Shown here: in pieces, positions 54,691 to 64,000 of the stretch
How positions within the stretch are numbered: the stretch's first letter is position 1
Layout: every line of letters begins with the position of its first letter
DNA from: a virus
Lineage: Duplodnaviria > Heunggongvirae > Uroviricota > Caudoviricetes
Strand: one strand, 5' to 3'
IMG/VR virus record: IMGVR_UViG_3300035520_000484
Coordinates: 98,993-162,992 of that record
Length of the DNA stretch: 64,000 nucleotides
Program-made: the position numbers and the translations under genes
Notes under the pieces: model-generated
The model's input: the letters and a program-made list of their open reading frames with translations, nothing else
Database searches by the model: none
What the model was told of the DNA's origin: nothing

Positions 54691-55449
54691 TTAATAATGT
54701 TTAGCAGGTACTGGAGCACCTTGATATTGAGTAAACTAAAATCTTGAAGGACCATATGAAAGATTACCAGTGTCTGATAAAGGAGCTAAAGTAGCAGCTG
54801 CCGCATCAGAAGCTCTTTCATCAATACTCTTACTTAAACTACTAGCTTGAGAAGTAGCGTAGCTAAAAGGTGCAGTAGGAAATCCTGCATATCTCTAATA
54901 AGCTCCAAATGTAGGACTAGTTGAATATCCGTAATGTCCTGAAAGACTAGGAGTTTGAATAGTTCTATATGAACTAAGACTAGGTGTAGTTATTTCAGGA
55001 AGTGTTGAATTATCAAAAGCAGGTTCAGAAACATCTGAAGTTGTTACTTCATTAGGAGTAGATGATTTAACAGTAGATGACGTAACAGATTTACTAGTAG
55101 AGATACGCTATCTAGGCTTTAATCTAGTATTAGCAGTAACATCATGAGTTTTTAAATATGTGTCATTTGCAATTTTATTATCTAGTTCTTCATCTGCTGC
55201 TGTATATGTATAATCATCAAACTATTCATCACCTTTAATAACATCTCCTGCTTTAGGAGTTCCTTTAAATAATTTAGTACTTTTAGGAGTTACCCATTCA
55301 TCAGGAACTTCAATTACTTGTCCTATTTTTAATTTAACACTAGGTGTATGGTTAAGCTCTACTAATTTATTGTATTGCCCCCCCCTACCTGTTAATGCTT
55401 TGGCAATACCCCAATAGGTATCGCCTTTTTTAATTATGTACTTTGCCAT
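54691..55449 (-). CDS. LysM-domain protein with a Ser/Thr-rich C-terminal region. Four in-frame TAG codons.
   Basis: N-terminal AKYIIKKGDTYWGIAKAL...YNKLVELN...LKIGQVIEVP is a LysM domain. Reading continues through TAG at 55222 to TAA at 54691. Confidence 0.6.
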
Positions 55450-55562
55450 TTTGTTTTAATTTATTTTAATTTATTTAATTTATTTTACCACCATATTTCT
55501 TCATGTGTATAAAAGGACATAGCCTAATTGTTAATCCTCTTATTTTATTTGTTCTTAAAGTT

Positions 55563-55935
55563 TCAATAGCCTAAAGTATATCTTATATTAGGTATTCTTT
55601 CGGTTATTGGTTCAATGTTAAAATAATCCACAATAGAAGTTCCGTTCTCAGGAGATTCAAATATCATATGAGACGCATCTCTACCATATGCATGAGGCAC
55701 CTTAAGTTTTTCAAGATAGCTATTAGTATTAAATAAAGACACGGAGTTTAAATTTTTAAACATGCCGTCATTCCCTGTATGCATGCCATTAGCATTTATT
55801 GTAATATTTGACGAAAATCTAGGAAATCTCTAACTCCACCATGTTTCTATAGGGCCTTTAGGATTTATGGTCTTGGGAGTATACAAAGCGGTTTTGTTTC
55901 CATACTTCTTAGACCATATTGGATTAAATACAACA
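55563..55935 (-). CDS. Hypothetical late protein (one in-frame TAG). Start overlaps the upstream stop (ATGA).
   Basis: Open with TAG as sense: MNVGNPDVVFNPIWSKKYGNKTALYTPK...W(TAG)RFPRF...MHTGNDGMFKNLNS.... Ends TGA. Confidence 0.5.
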
Positions 55936-57016
55936 TCTGGATTACCTACATTCATATAATACATTCCGTTTTTCCTTCGAAAGTTTTTCCTTGGATAACA
56001 GAAAACGCATTTATTAAATCTTCTTTTGATATATTATTGGGAAGGTTCATCCTTCTTAAGAATGTGTTAGATTGTTTCATTAAGTCTTTAACATAATCTT
56101 CAAGATTTATTATATTCCCATTTCTATAATCATTTGCTATTTGCTGTAAGTACTACGGGGATTCTTTAGCTATATTATACAATACTTTATTATCTTTAAT
56201 AGTCTAAAGGTCTTGAAGATATTGATCGGATGCATTTCTACCCTATTCTAATCCGTCTTTTATATTTTGTAAAGTTGATTCGTCATTAAAATAAAAATCT
56301 CCTTTAGGAGTAATTCTATACTCATTTTCTAAAGCCTATAATTGAGGATTAAGTTCTCTTATTTGGTTTAATGATATATTAACAGGTTCTCCATTTCTAT
56401 TATATTTTTGAGAAAATTGGCGCACTAAAGAAGGATCTTTTATATATTTAAGAAACCTGCCTCTAATATAAGGATTTCTTAATCCTCTCCTTCCTTGTTT
56501 GTTCATATTTTTAGCTAACCACCATACATCTTTAAAATTACGAGAAGTTCTAGCAAGAGCACTTACTCCTTTACCTAAATACTACATACCTTTAGTTGTA
56601 ACATAATCTTCTAAACCTGTGTATGGGGCAACTAAATAGAATAAATCATTACTCTATTCTAAAGGAGCCTCTGATAAGAACGCTCTTTTTCTTGTATTAT
56701 TACCCCATATATCTGTATAGTTAAATCCATTAGCATCCTAAGTAAGTAATGTAGGTAATTGCCAAGGAACAGTGTTAGGATTAACTCCTGTTGTTACTGT
56801 TCCTGCATTTCTTGATTCTGGCTAAGTAATATGAACTATATTTCCATTTACATCTGTATAAATCTCATAATCAGGATTACTATCAAGAACTTCCTATACT
56901 GTTTTTACATTACCATTTGTATCTACAATTTCAGTTATATTTCCCCAATCAGATATATCTTTGACTTTTCTTCTAAAAAGACCGACATTTTTAGTATCAG
57001 CATTATCAAGTGTCAT
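55932..57016 (-). CDS. Hypothetical late/structural protein (about 12 in-frame TAG codons).
   Basis: Open with TAG as sense for about 361 codons: MTLDNADTKNVGLFRRKVKDISDWGN...ECII-stop. Start overlaps the end of the upstream gene. Confidence 0.55.
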
Positions 57017-57758
57017 ATTGTCTAGAATTTTTAAATCGTTGTATTACAGAACCTTGTTTCGCCATAGGAAGAATGTCAGAGGAATCATTCTAAGCTACTT
57101 CATTAAACAATTTTATTAAATCTTTATCTTCAAACATATCTAATTTAAATAGGTTGATTGCATCTCTATGAGAATCTAGAAATTTCTAATCAACAATTTG
57201 TTCTGGTTTCATTTTAGTTGCGTACCTAAATTCCATCATTCGAGAATATATTTCATTAGGATCTAACAAATATTCTGCATTATCACTACTCCATCCATCT
57301 TTTGCTTTAGCTGTCTATTCGATTTCACCAATAGCATATATTTGAGGATTAGCTCTCATAGCATGGGTATATTCATGAAGTTCTGGATACGTATACTTCT
57401 CTTCTTTAAATATAGGAGGTCTTATATGAACTTCATGCTTACTAGGACTGTAATATCCTAAAGCTAATCCACCATCCCAATCGTGGAGTGTATCATTATA
57501 AAGTTTAGCAGATGCAGCATTTTCTATTTGACTATAGAAATTCTTATTTACATAAGTTCTTCTATTAAAAGAATTTGCTCTAGCCCATTCTTTCTACGGA
57601 ATGTTATAAGTATCACGAGAAGTAAAATGAAATATTCCTCCTAAATTGTTATATAACTAAGCTCTTCTGTGATTTAACCAATTAGCTAGCCATTCAATAG
57701 TTTGACTATCACTTTTAGGAGGTTTATAATTAGAAATAGGTGTAGTATAATCTGACAT
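57006..57758 (-). CDS. Putative zincin-like metallopeptidase (HExxH), late gene with six in-frame TAG codons.
   Basis: MSDYTTPISNYKPP...YTYPELHEYTHAMRANPQ... contains HEYTH. Ends TGA. Start overlaps the TAA of the upstream gene (TAATG). Confidence 0.5.
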
Positions 57759-59274
57759 TATTGTTTTTGTTGATTATTTAATAAATACATTCCTCCTGAA
57801 AATATTCCTACTTTCATCATAGCTTCTTTTGCTTTAGAAACTATTTCATTTAATTTAGGATACTTTTTAGCTAACTCTGTTAATTCTTCAGAAGATGCGA
57901 ATAATAAGTTATCAGTATCTATTCCTGTAATATTAGAAATTTCTTTAATTATAGATGAAGTATAAGGCTAGTCTATTTCCATTTTTAAAATTTCTCCTGA
58001 AGGAGTATTTTTGATAACTTCATCTAGTTCTTTTCCAAAAATCAGATTTAGGGATTCCTGCTTTTCCGCTTCAGTAAGATTAGAAGGTCTTTGATAGAAA
58101 GAATAGTTAGCTTTAGGAGTATTAGATACTACTCTTCTAAATCCATAATTAGGTTCCCATATATAAGCAGAAGTATTTTCAAGATTTAGCTAATCTTCAG
58201 AGAATGGGATCCTTCTTCCTGACATATCTCTCTTAGCTACCCGTGCATTTTTTGTAGCAAATTGTAAAGGTTCTCTAGTTACTAAAAGTCCTGGATGACT
58301 AGCATCAATTCCATTAACTATATCACCATCATACCATAAACCTCCCTATTTAAACATTGGATTGTCAAAGGTTTTACCAAAATCGAAAGTTCCAACATTC
58401 GTTTCTACTAAATTAACATTTTCAGTATTAGGATAATCTACTCTAACCTTCCTAGAATTTAAAAAATCTTTAACTATATTTGTAGAACCCTATCTATAAT
58501 TTAAATTCGGGTCATTTATTTCCACATCACCTGAACGATATCTCATCTTAGGAGCTAAGTCTGGAGTTTCTACCTCTCCTAATGGCATTCTACTAAGTTT
58601 ATATCCAAGTATAGATGGCTTGACAGCATTGTAAGAAATCTGTCCAACTCTATTTAGAAATGGAAGACTACTACCTCCAACTACAGAACCTATAAGCTAT
58701 CCTAAATATGGAGAATCATACTATTCCCCAATGTATCTACCACCTTCTCCTCCAATCCATGATCCTATTAATGGTTTTACTCCAATATTTCCAAATAACC
58801 CCAGCAGTCCAAGATCAATAACACCAGATATAGCAGCATTATTAAGTACCTACTAATATCCAGGTATATTATAAGCTCTCATTAATTGCCCCTGTCCACC
58901 TCTAAATAAACTACCAATGAAAGGTACATAGTCTGTAGAATGTGACATAATTTTATCTCCATTTTCTATATTATTTTTTATCTATTCCTTTTCTCTCATA
59001 TATTCTCCAGCCTATTCTTGAGATTGCTTCTAAGCATCTGTTCTATTATCCTAAATTACTTTTCCAGTAGACTACAACTATTTTTTAGGAACCTCTACAT
59101 ATCCATTTTCATATGGAACTCGAGTTACAGATGCATTATGTTTAGCTTCTGATTCTTTAGCTATGTTATATGCAAGTAATCTCTACTCAATATTTATAGG
59201 AGCGGTAGTATTATCAGATAATTCTTTTTGTACGAAAGAGTTTTTAATAATTGGTTTTCCCATATATATTATTT
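57758..59274 (-). CDS. Hypothetical late/structural protein, about 505 aa, Gly-rich hydrophobic segment. About 17 in-frame TAG codons.
   Basis: Open with TAG as sense: MGKPIIKNSFVQKELSDNT...GVIDLGLLGLFGNIGVKPLIGSWIGGEGGRYIG...LLNNQQKQ-stop. The ORF track shows only tiny fragments here. Confidence 0.55.
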
Positions 59275-59279
59275 GCTAT

Positions 59280-60045
59280 ATCTTTTTCTAAAATTTTCAA
59301 TAACATTAATTATTCTACCGCCATATTTATAAGACATATTATTTGCGTACTGATGGATAGTTTCTACATATCCTTTTTCTCCAGAATTAATTTGATTTAA
59401 AGGGATTTTGAACATGTTGATAAGAATATCTTCATCTATATTAGTATCCCATTTATTATAATCAGATTGATGCTTTTTATATTGATATTTAGCATCTTCT
59501 GTTACCCTATCAACATCCCATCCAGATTTTTCCCAACCTTTTAATAATGCAATATAAGGACTATCATCAAAGTATCTCCAATTACTGGTTATAAGAGAAG
59601 GCCCGATACTATCTGGCGAATCCGCATAAATCCAATGGCGAGGAGTACTCTTTCCTAAATAATATCTATTAGATCTGCCAGGATCTGTAGCTCCCGAAGA
59701 CTCTTTAATAGCTATAGCTAATCCCTATTTAGGAGATATTCCAGTAGCTTGTGAAGCCTGTACAATTTTATCAAATACCTCTATAGGTATGTTATAAGTT
59801 CCTCTGCCTTTAACAGTAACAGGTTTAGTTTTACCAGAAAGTTGAATAAGCTGTTTTTCTTCATTATTTATTCTATGAACATATGTAGTAACCGCTTTAT
59901 CAAAAGTTTTTTTAAATTCTGGAGAAGATTTATATTTCTAATATGTGGAAAATTTTATAAAAGGAAATAAAATATACTTTTTTAATCCACCTCCTGAAAG
60001 CCATATTTCATCATTTGATTCATTATGAATATATACTTGTTCCAT
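59280..60045 (-). CDS. Late protein, possibly lysozyme-like (ES motif). One in-frame TAG.
   Basis: MEQVYIHNESNDEIWLSGG...IVQASQATGISPK(TAG)GLAIAIKESSGATDPGRSNRYYLG... Start overlaps the upstream TAA (TAATG). Confidence 0.45.
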
Positions 60046-62030
60046 TATTTAAGTTTTCCTCCTAATTTAAATATTTTTTCAGAGCTTGCGTATCTTTCAG
60101 GAACGTTTACTTCATACCAAGTATTACCCTTTGGATCAGTTACTATAGAAGGTTCTGTTCCAAATAATTTCTTAAACTATTTAGGAAAATCACTATACTT
60201 TTTCAATATAGTTTTGTGAGCATCAGTATAATCTTCTATTTTTGGAACTTCATCCATCATTTGTCGACTACGCATTGTATAGTGATCAAAGATATTCTCC
60301 ATAACATCAGCAGTTCTTTGATCTCTTACATAATTTAGCATGTACTTATCTAAGAGTGTTGTTAAGTCCCCGTCAGTATATGGATCTTTTAATAACGATC
60401 TATAATAATTAACTCGATCTTTGTTTGTAGGATTAGTCTATAAAAATTCTATAAATTTTGTTATCCTAGGATCATTTGCGTATTTAGGATTCTCTTTGAC
60501 TAGATTTAATAAATCAGAAAGGTATCCATGATTATTTACCACATCTTTAAATTTACTTGCTCTCTCATTTAAAAATTCGTACTATTTTTTCTATCCAGGT
60601 GCCCATTGTGGAATTTCCTGAGGTTCATATCCTTCTACAGTAATAGCAGTTTCACGAGTAGGGTAGCGCATTGTTTTATACCCACGTGTGGAAGCGAAAT
60701 CAAGATTTTCTTGTAAGTGTCTGTCCAAATAATTTTTAGCCATATACTCACTAATAATATTTTTTTCTTGATCTTTAGGAGTATTTTTATTAAACCATTG
60801 TGCCCAATCACTTTGTGTTTCTGGAACATATAATACACCAGGCTCATCATATGTAGTAAAGAATCTAGAATGACCAATAGGAGCGCTGTTAAAATGATTA
60901 GTACTACCTCCAACAGAGGGATTATTAAAAGTAAGACTGTATATTTCTTTTACACTTGGATCAGTAGGAAGTTTACCATTTTTTGATGCATCATACCCTC
61001 CTCCATATCGTGTTTTGTGAATTATTTCTTGTCGTGATGGTGCCTTATATCCTAATTCTTTCATTCCATATGCAGCCCATGTATCTTCAAGACCAATATC
61101 TTCATACGAAGGAATTAATTCTGATACTTCCTTTCGTAAATCATTATAATCTATAAACTTATCAGCAGTATGATTTGCTAAAACTTGAGAAATCAATTCT
61201 TTATCTACTTTTGAAACTTCTGGCTTATTTAAATACTATTGTAACTATTTAATAGAAATAGTCCCTTGTTTAGATAATTGTTTTTCTAACTAAGATCCTC
61301 TTGCTAATGATTTAGGCATATAAGCTCCAGGAATTTCCTATATTTTATAAGGTTCTGGAGTAAAATACGGATTAGTTTGACCTTTTGTAAATAATGTTGT
61401 GGGTGTAAAACCATTTGCAACATATTCACCAGTCAAAGGAGTATTATGTAAAACATTACCCATATAACCATAGCCAGTATATTTACCTCCTGATACTCCA
61501 CGTAATGCTTTAGCAAACCAATTAGTATAGTCACTACTTGAACGTGTCATAGGAATTGCTGATAACGCAGTCATTACACCATTATACAAAGAGGGATCTT
61601 TTACAAACTCTTTACCATTATCATATAAGAAATATCCAGAAGTTCCAAGATTAGCAGTTGTGCCTAACCAAGCAGGGGCACCTATCAAATCTAAATAAGT
61701 AGAAGGAGTCATTAATGCTCCGACATAAGGAGCTGTAACAGCACCTAATCCAGCAGCAGCTGCACCTAATGCTTGAGTACCAAAGAAGTTCATCCAACTG
61801 TTTTGATTAAACTAGTTATGCACTCTTTCATCAGCTGCGGCTTTCTCTGTTATTCTAGCGTCAGATTTTTCTAATTGATTGGAAGAGTTTGGAGTAACAT
61901 CAGAACTCGCATATTCTATTCCTCCTGTCTATTCACCAGTATTAGGATTGTGTAAAACATAAGGCTCAACAGGCCTACCTGACAATTTTCCAACAAAAGA
62001 GCCAAGTCCTACTTTTTCTTCTTCACCCAT
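60045..62030 (-). CDS. Large late protein (about 660 aa, 9 in-frame TAG codons). N-terminal Gly/Ala-rich hydrophobic domain paralogous to gene 36613-38577.
   Basis: Continuous frame from ATG 62030 through track ORFs 61338-61793 and 60591-61196 once TAG is read as sense. [64 protein letters not shown] aligns to the paralogue. Confidence 0.7.
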
Positions 62031-62230
62031 TATTCAGTCTTTATATTTTTAAATATACCAGTAACAGAATCTATTCCAAGTAATAAACAGATTGCATAAA
62101 TAAAAGTGTCAATCATTTCAGGAGCTTGTATTCCATTAATGGTACAAAAGATTAATACACCAATAATTACTAAAAATCCAATGACACCACACACTCTTTT
62201 AGAAGATATTCCTGAGTGTGAGGTGACCAT
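62030..62230 (-). CDS. Small membrane protein (2 TM), holin-like.
   Basis: 66 aa: GVIGFLVIIGVLIFCTINGI and FIYAICLLLGIDSVTGIF. Its TAA overlaps the ATG of the downstream gene. Confidence 0.45.
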   Translation of the reverse strand: MVTSHSGISSKRVCGVIGFLVIIGVLIFCTINGIQAPEMIDTFIYAICLLLGIDSVTGIFKNIKTE

Positions 62231-62247
62231 TTTCTTTATAAATTCAA

Positions 62248-62805
62248 TTAATTTCTACATTGTATAAAATCTAACAATAATAGTTCTTTATCAGTAGTTG
62301 CTTCAGAATTATGTTTCTTAGCAAACCACCAAGGCCAAAAACAATATTTAGAGTTCATAGATGAAATATACTAATCATAAAAAGATTCATCATAAGGAGA
62401 TTCATATAATCTTTTCCAATCAAACTTTCTAGTAAATTGCCAGAAAGTAATATTAGGAAAGGTTTCAATTATATATTTAATAAAATCAACAAATAAATTT
62501 TCTTGTCGACTATCTTCTTTAGATGTTTCTAGAATTAATCTAATAGTACATCCACCCATATCATTTAAATATTTAAAATAATCAACTACATTACCTTTAT
62601 ATTTAGCTATCCCATGACAGAAATAAGGATTCATATGTTTATCAAATCTGATTCTAAAATCAAAATCCCTAATTCCATATTGTTCATATTGTTGTGCTAT
62701 AGTTTTAGATTGACATTTAGCTATCCAATTAAATGGATAAATCCACCAATTTTTTAAAGGTAGATATGTAGCTGAATTATGAGTTCCTATTCTCATTAGA
62801 TACAA
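62248..62805 (-). CDS. PLC-like phosphodiesterase (PI-PLC X-domain-like). One in-frame TAG.
   Basis: MRIGTHNSATY resembles the PI-PLC active-site motif PGTHDS. A second His sits in FCHGIAKY. Reading continues through TAG at 62371 to TAA at 62248. Confidence 0.4.
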
Positions 62806-63053
62806 AGAGCTGACCAGCCAACTTGAGAACCAACTAAAGCTAAAACTGCATCAACTAATAGCATCTTCCATGTAGGAACTGAATCAAAATCTGAGGATTT
62901 AACTTTATGGAAATATCCTACTAACATAGAAAGAATAAATCCAACTATCATAGCAACTGCTACTACTCCTGTATTAGCAAGAATACCTGCTGAAACAAGT
63001 GCTGTTGCTAATGTAAAAATCATATTATTCTGTACTTTTGTATTTTTAAACAT
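62796..63053 (-). CDS. Small membrane protein (2-3 TM), holin candidate.
   Basis: 85 aa, hydrophobic segments IFTLATALVSAGILANTGVVAVAMIVGFILSMLVGYF and LLVDAVLALVGSQVGW. Sits between muralytic and phosphodiesterase genes. Confidence 0.45.
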   Translation of the reverse strand: MFKNTKVQNNMIFTLATALVSAGILANTGVVAVAMIVGFILSMLVGYFHKVKSSDFDSVPTWKMLLVDAVLALVGSQVGWSALCI

Positions 63054-63059
63054 AGTTTT

Positions 63060-64000
63060 TTATTTATTATAATTTAAAGAATTTTGTAAAATCTTTGCTC
63101 TTTTTGATACATTCATAACTCTATCATAATACCCATTTGCATTATTCCATCCTGATACTGCTTTTTGTATATTCATACCTCTATCTAGATAATTTCTAGA
63201 TAATATAAACATAGTAGCAATTGCAGCTTTTACAGGATCAAATAAAGAGTCTTTAGTAATCCCATATCTTCTAAATAATTCTTTAGTGGTTTTGTCTAGG
63301 TTAGATAATCTAATTTGTGTTAAACCTATAGAATTATTATCTCCATTAATTCCATATGTTTTATATTTAGAATATACATCAGGAGAACTTGCACTTCCCA
63401 TTCCAAAAACTTTGTGCGCTACTTTATTTCCAAACCTTGCTAAATTATCAATAGCAGTATGTTGTTTACCATAATTAGACTCAACGCCTAATATACCTAA
63501 GGCTGCCTAAGCTAATTGAATATAGGTATCATTATTAATACCTAATTCTTTCTAAATCATAGTTTTATATCTAATTAATCCTTTAGAAAAATCAGTATAT
63601 ACTTTCTTTTGATGATCATCAAGTCCTTTTGTACTAAAATGAATAGTTTTAATAGGAGTGTAATCTTTTTCATGATGACTTGGAGTTAAATTAAGATCAT
63701 GAGATTTAAAAGAAAGTTTTCCATTTCTAACAGCAAATTTATTATCTGAATTTACAGGTAGAATATATGTAGGCACATTCTCGTATCCTTTCAATAAATT
63801 ATTTAGTGTTTGTAGATCTTCTTTTGATAACCCTGTGCATCCATTAGTATTAGCACCTACAACACCAACATCACCAACATCACGTGCATGTATAGAAGAA
63901 GGTATACCTTTTGGATTATTTTTGTCTACCATAGCTTGAGTCCTTCTTATAAATGAAGGTGCCCCGCCATAAGAACCACTACGAGTAGTAAAATAAACAC
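63060..64000 (-). CDS. Muralytic protein with a C-terminal soluble lytic transglycosylase (SLT)-like domain. Partial; continues past the window end. Three or more in-frame TAG codons.
   Basis: ...LGVESNYGKQHTA...GSASSPDVYSKYKTYGINGDNNSIGLTQIRLSN... has the ES catalytic motif and GLTQI (compare GLMQI). The frame is open upstream to position 64000. Confidence 0.55.

Noticed and set aside
1-64000. CRISPR array, integrase or att site, or transposase indicating a prophage boundary or IS element.
   Set aside because: No regularly spaced direct repeats. No tyrosine or serine recombinase or DDE transposase motifs. Gene content is uniformly phage-like, with no flanking bacterial housekeeping genes.

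Overview
This window is a 64 kb stretch of a large, AT-rich (about 28% GC) dsDNA phage genome, almost entirely transcribed on the minus strand. The host is probably a Bacteroidota species: two promoters match the TTTG / TAnnTTTG motif (at 19125-19157 and 53131-53161) and two predicted proteins carry lipoprotein signal peptides. The overall layout resembles a crAss-like phage.

The main result is that TAG is read as a sense codon, most likely glutamine, in the late/structural genes. The standard-code ORF track is nearly empty across 36.6-38.6 kb and 54.7-64 kb, although these regions are clearly coding on the minus strand. Reading TAG as a codon restores long genes there, each with 1 to about 17 in-frame TAGs, while TAA and TGA still terminate.

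The evidence for glutamine comes from two paralogous N-terminal domains. The gene at 60045-62030 has CAA (Gln) at exactly the positions where its paralogue at 36613-38577 has TAG, for example FGTQALGAAAAG against LGT(TAG)AAGAAAAG and FNQNSW against FD(TAG)NSW. A matching suppressor tRNA with anticodon CUA lies on the plus strand at 54118-54191, next to a RepL-like replication protein that is preceded by three 22-bp iterons.

The replication module (1-36.6 kb) uses the standard code. It encodes a family B DNA polymerase, a sigma-70 factor, DNA ligase, dUTPase, phosphoesterases, primase, DnaB-like and SF2 helicases, RNase H and DnaJ.

The ribonucleotide reductase (NrdJ-like) is split into three exons by two group I-type introns. 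The exon junctions (...GRRG|ATMLSIDCTHPD... and ...NPCA|EEPLPAGGSCLLGSLNL...) reconstruct the conserved RNR motifs. Intron 1 carries an HNH homing endonuclease. Intron 2 carries a GIY-YIG endonuclease that itself contains an in-frame TAG at the YIG-Q position.

The DNA polymerase is likewise interrupted by a GIY-YIG endonuclease, probably inside an intron.

A tRNA cluster lies at 39-46.4 kb. It contains tRNA-Leu(UAA), tRNA-Ile(UAU), tRNA-Gln(UUG), a long-variable-arm tRNA with anticodon UCU, and several aberrant tRNA-like elements, interleaved with a further HNH endonuclease.

A roughly 3 kb GC-rich island (49.9-52.9 kb, about 45% GC) holds three genes of unknown function, each with its own strong terminator. 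It looks horizontally acquired.

The late module encodes two zincin-like (HExxH) proteins, an SLT-domain muralytic protein, a PLC-like phosphodiesterase, two small holin-like membrane proteins and a LysM protein. Many minor hypothetical ORFs from the track were left unannotated.
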